A stretch of 49,555 nt of DNA from Bdellovibrionales bacterium (lineage in GTDB: Bacteria > Bdellovibrionota > Bdellovibrionia > Bdellovibrionales > UBA1609). A program made the translations under genes and the position numbers. This document shows, one piece after another, positions 36,932 to 46,520 of this stretch. The stretch spans positions 1 through 49,555 of the forward strand of contig JBFWVI010000023.1 in NCBI GenBank assembly GCA_050246815.1, read 5' to 3'. The notes below the pieces were generated by a model. The model saw only the letters and a program-made list of their open reading frames with translations. It searched no databases and was not told the DNA's origin. Within the stretch, counting starts at the first letter, position 1, and the number at the start of each line of letters is the position of its first letter.

Positions 36932-38151
36932 AACGTCGTGCGGGCACAGAACTTCGCGCCCTTTTTCCGCAGCTTGCCCGGACTGTGCGCGGTGCGGCCT
37001 TGACCTATTTGGACAATGCGGCCACCACGCTCAAGCCCAAGCCAGTGATTGAGGCCGTGTGTTGGTATTACACCAACGAAGTCGCCAACATTCATCGCGC
37101 GGCACACTTTTTGGGCGATGAAGGCACGTCTCACTACGAGGCCGTACGCGAAAAGCTAAAGAAATTTTTGAACGCGCGTTTTTCTGAAGAAATTGTTTTC
37201 ACCAAAGGCACCACCGAAGGCTTGAATCTTTTGGCCAGCACCTTGGTGCCCGGCCGTCTAAAAAAAGGGGATCAAATCCTTTTGAGTGAGATGGAACATC
37301 ACTCCAACATTGTGCCATGGCAAATGGCGGCCGAAAAGGCAGGTGTCGAAATCAAAGTCGTGCGCGTGACGGATCAAGGGGAACTCGACTTAGAAGATTT
37401 AAAGCGCCAATTGAATGGACGCGTGAAAATTTTAAGCCTTACCCACATCAGCAACGCATTGGGGACGGTGAACCCCCTGTCGGAAATTTTTAAGCTGGCG
37501 CGCAACCAAGGGGTAATCACTGTTGCGGATGCCGCGCAAAGCGTGGCGCTGGGTTTGGTCGACGTGCAGCAAATGAACTGCGATTTTTTGGTTTTTTCAG
37601 GGCACAAGATTTTTGGCCCCAATGGTGTCGGTGCGGTCTATGGACGCAAAGAGCTGTTTAATGAACTACCTCCGTACCAAGGCGGGGGCTCTATGATCAG
37701 CGAGGTCGCGTTCACCGGCACAACATACTTGGGATTGCCACATCGTTTTGAGGCTGGAACCCCGGCCATCGCCGAAGTGATCGGGCTAGGTGCGGCCCTT
37801 GATTTTGTAAGCCATTTTGATCATGAGCAAATTCGCATTCATGAATCTGAACTTGTGGCTCAAGTGCTGGAGGGGTTAGCGACCCTCAAGGGGGTCCGTT
37901 TGATCGGCACTTCCCCGACCCGAACCAACATCGTGTCGTTTGTGATGGACGGTGCTCACCCAAGCGACGTTGGCCAACTGCTTGATCAGCAGGGGATCGC
38001 GGTTCGCACGGGCCATCACTGCTGTCAGCCCCTGATGAAGCGATTTGGTATCCCGGGAACGGTTCGAATTTCTTTTTCGGCTTACAACACCCTAAGTGAG
38101 GCCGATGCGTTTTTAAATGCTCTTCATAAAGTGAAAGGCCTGTTGCAATGA
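36928..38151 (+). CDS. sufS: Cysteine desulfurase SufS
   Basis: YLDNAATT, EHHSNIVPW, SGHK (PLP lysine), FEAGTP, RTGHHC. Confidence 0.95.
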   Translation: MKRRAGTELRALFPQLARTVRGAALTYLDNAATTLKPKPVIEAVCWYYTNEVANIHRAAHFLGDEGTSHYEAVREKLKKFLNARFSEEIVFTKGTTEGLNLLASTLVPGRLKKGDQILLSEMEHHSNIVPWQMAAEKAGVEIKVVRVTDQGELDLEDLKRQLNGRVKILSLTHISNALGTVNPLSEIFKLARNQGVITVADAAQSVALGLVDVQQMNCDFLVFSGHKIFGPNGVGAVYGRKELFNELPPYQGGGSMISEVAFTGTTYLGLPHRFEAGTPAIAEVIGLGAALDFVSHFDHEQIRIHESELVAQVLEGLATLKGVRLIGTSPTRTNIVSFVMDGAHPSDVGQLLDQQGIAVRTGHHCCQPLMKRFGIPGTVRISFSAYNTLSEADAFLNALHKVKGLLQ

Positions 38152-38738
38152 GTTCCACCGCCACATTAAGTCCAGAAGACATTTTGGTCCGTACCCAACT
38201 GACGCCGAACCCTTACGCGCTGAAGTTCATTGTCAATCAAGCCGTGCGCAATGAGGGCAAGGCGACGTTTTCCACGCCTGCAGAAGCCGAGGGATTGCCG
38301 CTGGTTTACAATTTATTTTTGATCGATGGGGTGAAGCAAGTTCACTTGTTTCAGAACACGATCACCGTGACCCATACCGGTGAACTAGAGTCCGGCGATC
38401 TGGCTGAGCAGGTGATCGCCGTGATCCGCTCGCGCTTGGTGGTGCACGATGCAGATTTTAAGATGCCGGGTGAAAAGACCACAGCACCACGCGATCGAAG
38501 CAATTTGAGTCTCGAGATGCAAGCCATCGAAGAAATTTTAGACCGCACTATTCGCCCCGGCTTGCAGGCCGACGGGGGCGACATAGACGTAATCAGCTTT
38601 GAGAACAATGAACTCAAAATTCTTTATCAAGGCGCGTGCGGGGGTTGCCCAAGTTCAATGATGGGGACCTTGGACGCCATTCAGGGTATTTTGCGCCAAG
38701 AGTTGGGCAACGATACAATCCGCGTTTCGCCGCTTTAA
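38148..38738 (+). CDS. NifU/Nfu-type Fe-S carrier (Nfu N-terminal domain plus NifU C-domain)
   Basis: TPNPYALKF, IRPGLQADGGD, and the CxxC motif GACGGCPSS. Confidence 0.9.
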   Translation: MSSTATLSPEDILVRTQLTPNPYALKFIVNQAVRNEGKATFSTPAEAEGLPLVYNLFLIDGVKQVHLFQNTITVTHTGELESGDLAEQVIAVIRSRLVVHDADFKMPGEKTTAPRDRSNLSLEMQAIEEILDRTIRPGLQADGGDIDVISFENNELKILYQGACGGCPSSMMGTLDAIQGILRQELGNDTIRVSPL

Positions 38739-38774
38739 CAGGTTCTTGGCCGTGCTGTTCGAAGGCGCTAAACT

Positions 38775-39350
38775 TTAATGAAAGATTTTTTGCTCTTTAG
38801 GCGCGTTGGATTCAGCTTCATGCGAGTCCGCGTCGCTAGTTTGCAGCTGGTCCATTTTCGAGCGGAAGGTGCGCTCTTCGGGCTGGCTGTTGAAGTGTGC
38901 GGACACCGCGAAAGGAATATTGGCATGGGGAGCTTTGGCGCGCATTTGCACGCGTTGTGCTCCGGGCGTTTCGGCGCGGAAAACGGCTTCAACGCGAAAC
39001 TCTTCATTGGCCGTTAAACGCACTTGCTCTTGAGGTGTTCCCGAAATCAGGGTGACCCCTTGGCCCAGATGCCAGTTAAGTTGCACTTGGTCTAAATCTT
39101 GTTCCGAAACCAAAACCGCAGCAACGCGATAGGTGTCGCCTATAGCCTTGGGCATTTCACCAAGTAGATCCAGACGGATTTGCAAGGGTCCGGTCATTTT
39201 GGCTGTGCGATGCTGGTGGTCGTGCACCGGCTTTAAAATATTAAGTTTTTGCGCCTGAGTATCTGGCGGCCGGCGCAGCAGCGTCTCGATTCCCCACAGC
39301 GAAACCCCGATGGCCAGGGTCCAAAGACCTACGGTAATGACGCGGGACAT
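38775..39350 (-). CDS. Hypothetical membrane-anchored beta-rich protein, downstream partner of the lipoprotein protease
   Basis: N-terminal TM followed by beta-strand-rich sequence. Start overlaps the upstream gene by 22 nt. Confidence 0.65.
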   Translation of the reverse strand: MSRVITVGLWTLAIGVSLWGIETLLRRPPDTQAQKLNILKPVHDHQHRTAKMTGPLQIRLDLLGEMPKAIGDTYRVAAVLVSEQDLDQVQLNWHLGQGVTLISGTPQEQVRLTANEEFRVEAVFRAETPGAQRVQMRAKAPHANIPFAVSAHFNSQPEERTFRSKMDQLQTSDADSHEAESNAPKEQKIFH

Positions 39351-41170
39351 AGCTGACTCCCATTGAAGGTCAAAGAGTAATTGGTGGCACCACCAATGCC
39401 GCCTGCGGAGCCCGTGAAGGCCATCACGTTGATCAGATAATTACCTGAGCTTAAGGTGGTGTTGACACCTTCGGTTTTCGTGCGGGTCGGATCTTGCGCT
39501 GGCTCTTTCATGCTTTGCGCGACGATATCAGCCGAATTTCCGAAGCGGCCCATTTCATTGTAGATAAAAAGATCCAAATCGGCGTCCACTCCCGCATCGT
39601 CGGCATCATGGTAAGTCAAAACGATATTGGCCGTGGTGGTGGAAGGCACTTTAAGATAATAAAAATCATTGTTCACGAAAAGATGAGAAGTGGAATACGA
39701 CCCTGTGTCACCGGCCACGTCGGCAGGGATCAATGTGAAGCTGACACAGCTACTGCCCACACTCACGTACTGGGCGTAATCTGCCGTTGAGGCCGTGTGT
39801 CGTTCAAGGCCCCGCAAGTTAGCCCAACTGGTGGTCGACAAAGTCGATTGAAACTGATGCATCAAGCCGATTTGCCTAAAAGCGACGGAAGTTTTCAGCC
39901 ATCCCGAAGCGCTGCTTAGGGAGTGATAAAGTTCGATAAAGCGATCTGTTATGTTGTCGTTAAAGTTGCCTGAGCCATTGGATTCGGTGGCCGTGCCGTC
40001 AACGGCATCCCAAAGTAAGCGGGTGACCGAAAATTCGCGAAAATTGCCTTCACCTGTTGCTGAAAAGCTGCCGCCAATCTCATTGATGTAGGTGCTGGTT
40101 GGGATATCACGCGTTTGGTCTTCTAAGTTCACCAAAAACAAATAGCTGGTGCTGCCGTCGGTGTTGCCTTCGGTGTCGATGTAAGTCGGATCGTTGCGGA
40201 CGGCAGCTTGAAAGAAATTGCCCCAGCCCTCACTCCAAGCCAAACGCGGGTCAATCACCTTGTTGCCGTTGTGGCTGCCACCCGGGGAATCACTGGTGAA
40301 CAGCGCATCTTCTAAAAAGTGGCCGTATTCATGCAAAATAACCGAGTTGTCGAAGTGATCCGTGTCAGAACTATTGTAATCACCATCGATGCCACCCAGG
40401 ATGAACAAGCGATAATAACCCGGGATGTAATAGCTGATGCCGGAATTGTTACCGTAATATTCGGCCGGGTTGAAACCCAATTTCCAATAGGCGGTTACCC
40501 GCGGAGCCACCGAAAAGTTGGGGCAGCTGGCAAAGGTGCCACTACAGTTACTGACTTTGCTGCGCAGATAATCATTGGCCTCGACCATTTGATCAAAGAT
40601 ATTGAAGGCCCCACCATAAACATTGCCCGTGGCCGAGGCCAGCATGTCCGGTAGTGTGTGAATCGGCGTCGAAGTAGTGACACTGCCCGAAATTGAATAG
40701 GTGTTGTTGTAGCGCGGATCATCGTAAACTGCGGCCTTCACTAAATTGCTGAGGCCGCGGGCATAAACCGTGACCGTTAAAGCACCCGCATTGCGAGGCA
40801 CCACCAACGAATAAAAGCCGGTGTTGTCGGTTTCACCGCACTGAATAGTGGCGCCAGCCGCATTGGTCACACGAACTTCAGCGCGACGAATCGGGCGGGC
40901 CGCGCCCGGGGCGCCCAAACCACCAGTTAAAAAGGTACCGAAGGGTTCGCGTCGTTGGTAGCGGGCAAAACCCTCAAGGGTTGAAGTCAGATCCGCGTAA
41001 AATGTGAAAGTGTCGCAATAATCGGATTCCGGAGCCTGAAAGGTGGGGATAGAGTCTCCCGACATCCTGTTGTTCGTGGCCATAGGAACGTCGCAGCCCG
41101 CCAGAGCAACTAGACAAAACAACGATAGCAAACCCTTTCGAGGGCTTGTTCCCCACGTGAACCGCTTCAT
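39329..41170 (-). CDS. Lipoprotein zinc metallopeptidase (gluzincin-like) with a C-terminal PPC-like domain
   Basis: Lipobox LAGC; VILHEYGHF followed by AWSEGWGNFF; C-terminal NDFYY...DADLDLFIY...LSSGNYLINV. Confidence 0.8.
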   Translation of the reverse strand: MKRFTWGTSPRKGLLSLFCLVALAGCDVPMATNNRMSGDSIPTFQAPESDYCDTFTFYADLTSTLEGFARYQRREPFGTFLTGGLGAPGAARPIRRAEVRVTNAAGATIQCGETDNTGFYSLVVPRNAGALTVTVYARGLSNLVKAAVYDDPRYNNTYSISGSVTTSTPIHTLPDMLASATGNVYGGAFNIFDQMVEANDYLRSKVSNCSGTFASCPNFSVAPRVTAYWKLGFNPAEYYGNNSGISYYIPGYYRLFILGGIDGDYNSSDTDHFDNSVILHEYGHFLEDALFTSDSPGGSHNGNKVIDPRLAWSEGWGNFFQAAVRNDPTYIDTEGNTDGSTSYLFLVNLEDQTRDIPTSTYINEIGGSFSATGEGNFREFSVTRLLWDAVDGTATESNGSGNFNDNITDRFIELYHSLSSASGWLKTSVAFRQIGLMHQFQSTLSTTSWANLRGLERHTASTADYAQYVSVGSSCVSFTLIPADVAGDTGSYSTSHLFVNNDFYYLKVPSTTTANIVLTYHDADDAGVDADLDLFIYNEMGRFGNSADIVAQSMKEPAQDPTRTKTEGVNTTLSSGNYLINVMAFTGSAGGIGGATNYSLTFNGSQLCPASLP

Positions 41171-41177
41171 ACTAGAC

Positions 41178-41205
41178 TTATCGGCACTTCGGTCTAGGGG
41201 ATTGA
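41178..41205 (-). promoter_or_regulatory. Sigma28 (FliA)-like promoter of the lipoprotein protease
   Basis: Minus strand TCAAT-N15-GCCGATAA, a perfect sigma28 -10 box. Only 7 nt separate it from the ATG and there is no RBS. Confidence 0.65.
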
Positions 41206-41336
41206 GGTTAAAACTAGAAGAACGTCGTGGTCTTAGCGCGTCAGCGTCTCAGTTTGAAACATCGACCAGAAAGTTGAATTGAAAGGCGATTAATTGCACA
41301 ATGAAACCCCAATGTTGGGTTAGGGACTGATTCAAA

Positions 41337-41627
41337 ATGAACAACGCTGTCGAAAAAGGATACAACTCGGACGTTTCGATTGATGGGGTTTCGTATCACA
41401 TCCAGACCGAGGACTGGGGTCATGCCAATCCCTATTTTGTCAGCCGAGTTTTTTGTAATGGCGCCGTGGTGAAAAGCGTGAAGACGGCCTATGCCAATGT
41501 CCTCCCCAAAGGTCCAACTTTTGAGAGCCAGGCGATCCGTTTTGCCCTTCGTTGCCAGCATGAGCAAATTCTAGACCTGCTGGTTTCTGGCCAATTGCTA
41601 CCGGAATTGACTAAAATAAGAGGGTGA
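41337..41627 (+). CDS. Small protein of unknown function heading the ftsEX operon
   Basis: 96 aa, GYNSDV...YHIQTEDWG...P.FVSRVF..GAVV. Its stop overlaps the ftsE GTG (GTGA). Confidence 0.75.
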   Translation: MNNAVEKGYNSDVSIDGVSYHIQTEDWGHANPYFVSRVFCNGAVVKSVKTAYANVLPKGPTFESQAIRFALRCQHEQILDLLVSGQLLPELTKIRG

Positions 41628-42280
41628 TCACATTTACTCATGCTTACAAAGCCTATGCGTCGGGCACGGTTGCTTTGCGCGATGTTTCGCTGCAAATCGA
41701 TCGCGGTGAATTCGTTTTTTTAACTGGCCCAAGTGGCGCTGGAAAAACCACGTTGTTTCGCCTGCTTTCGGCGTTCGATCGCTCCACGTCCGGAGGGGTT
41801 GAGGTCGCGGGTTACAGTCTGAATGCTTTGACCAACAAACAAATACCCCAATTTCGCCGACGCATCGGTGTGATTTATCAGGATTTTCGTTTGTTGCAGC
41901 GGCGTACGGTTTTTGAAAATGTGGCCTTGCCACTTGAGATCCGCGGCGACGGACAATCGCAAATCGATCGGCGGGTGCGGGACATGCTGGATCATGTGGG
42001 CTTGAACTCAAAGACCCGCGATTACCCAGAGCAACTTTCGGGCGGAGAACAGCAGCGCGTGGCCATCGCGCGGGCTTTGGTGCACCAACCCGCCGTTTTG
42101 ATCGCCGATGAACCCACAGGGAACCTGGATCCTGAATTGAGCTGGGACATCATGAAATTGCTTGAAAAAGCCAACGCTCAGGGGACCACTGTTTTTGTGG
42201 CCACACACGATCACGAATTGGTGCGTCGTTGTCCGCACCGTTTGATCAAACTTGAGGCTGGCGCCGTGGTGGGAAGTTAA
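41624..42280 (+). CDS. ftsE: Cell division ATP-binding protein FtsE
   Basis: [53 protein letters not shown]. Confidence 0.95.
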   Translation: MITFTHAYKAYASGTVALRDVSLQIDRGEFVFLTGPSGAGKTTLFRLLSAFDRSTSGGVEVAGYSLNALTNKQIPQFRRRIGVIYQDFRLLQRRTVFENVALPLEIRGDGQSQIDRRVRDMLDHVGLNSKTRDYPEQLSGGEQQRVAIARALVHQPAVLIADEPTGNLDPELSWDIMKLLEKANAQGTTVFVATHDHELVRRCPHRLIKLEAGAVVGS

Positions 42281-42281
42281 G

Positions 42282-43208
42282 ATGTTGGTGCGATCCCTAT
42301 GTCAAAATTTGATTCGTACTTGGCGCGAGCATGCCGGTATGCAAGTTGCCACCCTGACTGTTTTGACCGGCACTTACACCGTGGTGACCCTGTTCTTCTT
42401 TTTGCACGCCAACTTCAGCCGTATCCTTTCGCACTGGGGCGAAAGCGTGCAACTAGCGGTTTTTTTGAAAGACTCTGCCTCGAGCGCGCAGATCAGTGGA
42501 GTTCAGGATTTTTTAAAAGGTATCCATGGCATTGAAAACGTCAAATTTATCTCAAAAGAAGCCGCCGCCGAGTCCTTTCAAAAACAAATGGGCCATTACT
42601 CGCCACAACTGTTGACCGATCCTGAGTTCGGCAACCCACTACCCGCAAGCCTTGAGGTTCACTTTCAAGAGGGTGTCAGCAGCGATGGCAGCTATGGTCG
42701 CATGGTCGAAATCGCTAAACAATTGGCCAGTATGGCCGGGGTTGAAGATGTTTCTTATGGCCAGGGTTGGGTAGAAAATTACGCCTCGTTGCTGCGGGTT
42801 TTTTCGTCATCGAGTTACCTTTTGATCGTGGTTCTGCTTTCGGGAAGTCTTTTGGTGGTGGGCAATGCCATCCGCAGTTCCATCCATCAACGGCGCGAAG
42901 AAATTGAAGTCTTGGAGCTGGTGGGGGCAACACCTTTTAATATTCGTCTGCCGTATCTGTTCGAGGGCGCGGTGCTAGGCGGGATGGCCGCAACGCTTTC
43001 CTTGCTTTTTTGCTTTCTGCTTTACCGTTGGCAGCAGGCTGTGGCGATGAAACACTTGGGTTTTTGGGGCTTGGCCAGTGAAGTTGGGTTTTTGGGCCTG
43101 CAACAGTCCTTGGCCGTTTTGACTTTAGGCATTCTTTTTGGCGCTTTTGGCTCGTATCTATGTGTTCGTCGTATAGCCACCGGCTGGGCCGCGGCTGAGC
43201 GGGGATAG
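42282..43208 (+). CDS. ftsX: Cell division permease FtsX
   Basis: Four-TM layout, FISKEAA, NPLPASLEV, RREEIEVLELVGAT...PYLFEG. Confidence 0.92.
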   Translation: MLVRSLCQNLIRTWREHAGMQVATLTVLTGTYTVVTLFFFLHANFSRILSHWGESVQLAVFLKDSASSAQISGVQDFLKGIHGIENVKFISKEAAAESFQKQMGHYSPQLLTDPEFGNPLPASLEVHFQEGVSSDGSYGRMVEIAKQLASMAGVEDVSYGQGWVENYASLLRVFSSSSYLLIVVLLSGSLLVVGNAIRSSIHQRREEIEVLELVGATPFNIRLPYLFEGAVLGGMAATLSLLFCFLLYRWQQAVAMKHLGFWGLASEVGFLGLQQSLAVLTLGILFGAFGSYLCVRRIATGWAAAERG

Positions 43209-44309
43209 ATGAAATTCTTCAGTTTTATTTTGGGCCCTTGTTTGCTGTCGGGCACAGCGTGGGCACAGTTGCAAACAGCGCCGCCGGTCGCCACTGATCA
43301 GCAGGTGCAGGTCACCAAGGATCGCCTGATCGCCGCCGAGCAGGCCGAGCGCCAGTTGCTGGGGACACTTTATTCGATCAACCAACGCATGAAAGACATG
43401 TCACAAAAACGTGACCGCTTGACAGACCGGCGCATGGCCACAGAAGGCGATGTACGTTTGTTGGCCCGCCACATTGCGGATTTGGAGTGGCGGCTGCAGG
43501 CCCAGCGCGCGGGCATGGGGCGTCGTTTGCGTGGACTCTATCTGATGAACGGCCAAACCGCGATGCGCAGCCTATTTTCGGCCCAAAGCGCTTTGGAATT
43601 TGATCGTAATTTGCGATTTTTAAAAACTGTGACGGACCGGGACTACGGCTTGATCAAGGACTATCAAAAAAGTTTGCACGTTTTGACTCGAAAACGCCGG
43701 CAATTGGACGGTCAGGTGCGAAGCCTGGCCCGCATTCACGGCGCACTGAAAAAGCAAGAGCAGCGCTTGCAAGAGGATCAAGAGGCCAAAAACCTGCTGC
43801 TGTCGCGACTGCAGAACTCCCAGAATCAACATTTGAATGAACTGCAACGTCTGCGCGACGCTCAGGCAAAAAGTGGCGTGACAACACAAGAGTTGAACAC
43901 TGCGTTTTTTGAAAGACGCGGGCAGTTACAGCGCCCGGTCGAGGGTGAGTTGGTGAAGAGCTATGGTTTTGTCCAAGATGAGACTTACCGCTTTCGTCTT
44001 GGTCACAAAGGTTGGTTTTTAAGGGCCGGTGCGAAAGATCCGGTGAAGAGTGTGTTTCAAGGACGTGTGGCCTACGCGGGTGATTTGCCCGGCTACGGAA
44101 AGACGGCAATTTTAGATCATGGTGATCATTATTACACCGTTTACGGTCACATGACGAACTTGAAGGTCGGCTTGGATCAAGAGGTCAAAGAGGGACAAAC
44201 CGTCGGTTTGGCCGGCGGAATTTCGCCGTGGTTTGGCACTGGAGCTTATTTTGAAATCCGTCACTTTTCGGACGCGATCGATCCGCAGCCATGGTTCAAA
44301 TCAATGTAG
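43209..44309 (+). CDS. envC: EnvC-like murein hydrolase activator (coiled coil plus degenerate M23/LytM)
   Basis: Signal peptide, long coiled coil, GYGKTAILDHGDHYYTVYGH and YFEIR. Zn ligands are incomplete, as expected for EnvC. Confidence 0.85.
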   Translation: MKFFSFILGPCLLSGTAWAQLQTAPPVATDQQVQVTKDRLIAAEQAERQLLGTLYSINQRMKDMSQKRDRLTDRRMATEGDVRLLARHIADLEWRLQAQRAGMGRRLRGLYLMNGQTAMRSLFSAQSALEFDRNLRFLKTVTDRDYGLIKDYQKSLHVLTRKRRQLDGQVRSLARIHGALKKQEQRLQEDQEAKNLLLSRLQNSQNQHLNELQRLRDAQAKSGVTTQELNTAFFERRGQLQRPVEGELVKSYGFVQDETYRFRLGHKGWFLRAGAKDPVKSVFQGRVAYAGDLPGYGKTAILDHGDHYYTVYGHMTNLKVGLDQEVKEGQTVGLAGGISPWFGTGAYFEIRHFSDAIDPQPWFKSM

Positions 44310-44321
44310 TAGGGGGCAGCA

Positions 44322-45953
44322 ATGAAGCAACATCGTCAATACACCAAATGGATCGCAGGGCTCGCTGTTTTCGGTTTGATCACCGCCTTGGTCACACCAA
44401 ACTGGAATCGCGTCGAAGCCGAGGTCAAGGAGCGTTATGCGGATTTGCAGCTTTTCGCTAAAGTGTTGAACCTAGTGCAACAGTACTATGTTGAAGATGT
44501 GGATCTGAAGAAATTGATTTACGGCGGTATCAAAGGAATGTTGCGCGAACTGGATCCCCACACCAACTTTCTGCCGCCAGATATCTTCAAAGAATTTGAG
44601 TCCGAGACCACGGGTGAATTCGGTGGTCTTGGTATCGAGATCACCGTGCAAAAAGGGGTTTTAACCGTCATCTCGCCGATTGAAGACACGCCCGCATGGA
44701 AGGCCGGTATTAAAGCTGGGGACAAAGTGGTGGAGATCGATGGTGAATCCACCAAAGGCATGAGCCTGGCCGAAGCCGCACAAAAAATGAAAGGCAAAAA
44801 TGGCACCAAAATCCGTCTGGGGATTTTTCGTGAGGGGTTCGAAAAACCCCAGCAATTTGTCATCGCTAGGGGCGTTGTGAAGGTGAAGTCGGCCAAATAC
44901 ACAGACTTGGACGATGGTTATGCCTATGTCCGTTTGACCAGCTTTATCGAACACTCGGCGGCTGAACTTGAAAAGGCTCTTAAGAACCACAACTCCAAAT
45001 ACAAAGAGACCAAGGGTTTAATTTTGGATTTACGTCGCAATCCTGGCGGTCTTTTGGATCAGGCGGTACAGATCAGTGACTTGTTTTTGGGCGAAGGCAC
45101 CATTGTCAGTACGATCGGTCGTAATAAAAAAGAAAAAGAAGTGTTGTTCGCCAAACGTGCCGGCACTTTACCCAATTTTCCATTGATCGTGCTGATTGAT
45201 GAATTTTCGGCCAGTGCCAGCGAAATTTTAGCAGGCGCCTTAAAGGACAATAAGCGCGCTTTGATCATGGGCCAAAGAAGTTTTGGTAAGGGCTCGGTTC
45301 AATCCGTGGTGAAATTAGGCGATGGCTCAGGGTTAAAATTGACCGTGGCCCGCTATTACACCCCAAGCGGGCGCTCGATACAGGCTGAAGGCATCGTTCC
45401 CGACATTCTGGTGGACGATTTGAATCCCGAAGAAATCGACAAGGCCACAGAAAAACGCCGTGTCCGTCGCGAGCAAGATATCCAAGGCCACTTGTTGAGC
45501 GAAGAAGAAGAGGCGCGTGAAAAATCAAAAGAGCCCGGCCCGAAAGAGGGCGCCAATCCGCTTCAGTTCTGGTGGACGGGCACCGGCGAAGAGGCCAAAA
45601 AGAAGGATCCCAGTCCCAAGGAAAAATTGCTCAGAGACGATTTTCAAGTCTCGCAGGCCTATAATTACTTAAAAGCCTGGCGTGTGATGGGCCAATACAA
45701 ATCAACTGAAAACTTAGAGATTAAGCCGGACGCCGCAGAGCCTGCGACTCCATCTGCGCCTAAGCCCAGCGAAGAGTTACCCAAAGCGACTCCGGAAGCT
45801 TCGACGTCTCCGCCGGGCGTTGAACCCAGCGTAAAATTGATTCCGGCGAAATCCAAGACTTCGCCGAAACCAATAAAAGAAAATAAGCCCAAAGACAGCA
45901 AAAAAGACAAACCCACAAAGCCAGCTGGTAAGCCGGCTAAGCTTGGATCTTAG
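44322..45953 (+). CDS. S41 carboxyl-terminal processing protease (CtpA/Prc-like) with PDZ domain and Pro/Lys-rich tail
   Basis: LDPHT, FGGLGIEI, LDLRRNPGGLL, SASASEI, FGKGSVQ, LTVARYYTPSG. Confidence 0.93.
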   Translation: MKQHRQYTKWIAGLAVFGLITALVTPNWNRVEAEVKERYADLQLFAKVLNLVQQYYVEDVDLKKLIYGGIKGMLRELDPHTNFLPPDIFKEFESETTGEFGGLGIEITVQKGVLTVISPIEDTPAWKAGIKAGDKVVEIDGESTKGMSLAEAAQKMKGKNGTKIRLGIFREGFEKPQQFVIARGVVKVKSAKYTDLDDGYAYVRLTSFIEHSAAELEKALKNHNSKYKETKGLILDLRRNPGGLLDQAVQISDLFLGEGTIVSTIGRNKKEKEVLFAKRAGTLPNFPLIVLIDEFSASASEILAGALKDNKRALIMGQRSFGKGSVQSVVKLGDGSGLKLTVARYYTPSGRSIQAEGIVPDILVDDLNPEEIDKATEKRRVRREQDIQGHLLSEEEEAREKSKEPGPKEGANPLQFWWTGTGEEAKKKDPSPKEKLLRDDFQVSQAYNYLKAWRVMGQYKSTENLEIKPDAAEPATPSAPKPSEELPKATPEASTSPPGVEPSVKLIPAKSKTSPKPIKENKPKDSKKDKPTKPAGKPAKLGS

Positions 45954-46435
45954 CGGTTGCGCGGATCGGTGACGCCCGAACAGTCGGCCGTGGCGACCAG
46001 GCGCGTGACGCCCTTCGAATTGACGGTGAAGAGTTTCATCAGTTTTCGTGCCGTGTAGGCACGCACCAAGTATTGTGAACCGCCACTTTTGATATTGATC
46101 GAAACCACGAATTTTTCTTCATGAGTTTGGTGAGTGGTAACACCGGTGATATATTTGTCCGACCAGGTAACTTGTCCAAAGGACACATGGCGTTTGCGGC
46201 TGGCCAAATCCAAGCTGGCTGAAGCCGAATCTTCATCCGTTAAGGGCTCAGCATCATCATCCGTTATGTTGTAAATTGAACCCAACCCTTCTTCGAAGAG
46301 ATGGTCGTTCACATCCGTGACTTCGACCACGGCGCAGTCCCATTGAATCTTAGTTGGGTCCACCGGCATGATCGGCGAAGTGGCCCCTGCGGATTGAGCA
46401 ACCAGGGCTGCAAGTAACAGCAGATCGAGTTTCAT
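45950..46435 (-). CDS. Hypothetical secreted protein
   Basis: Signal peptide MKLDLLLLAALVAQSAGA, two Cys, and an AGGGGG RBS. Confidence 0.65.
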   Translation of the reverse strand: MKLDLLLLAALVAQSAGATSPIMPVDPTKIQWDCAVVEVTDVNDHLFEEGLGSIYNITDDDAEPLTDEDSASASLDLASRKRHVSFGQVTWSDKYITGVTTHQTHEEKFVVSINIKSGGSQYLVRAYTARKLMKLFTVNSKGVTRLVATADCSGVTDPRNR

Positions 46436-46520
46436 TAGAATCCCCCTTTGAATGTCTCGAAAATACGCAGAAGGGGGTGGAACTAGATAGCAAATCGAGG
46501 CTTTTGAAAAAATGCCGGGG

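Noticed and set aside
43900..44309. Missing zinc ligands in the M23 domain of the EnvC-like protein
   Set aside because: Expected and well established for EnvC-type activators.
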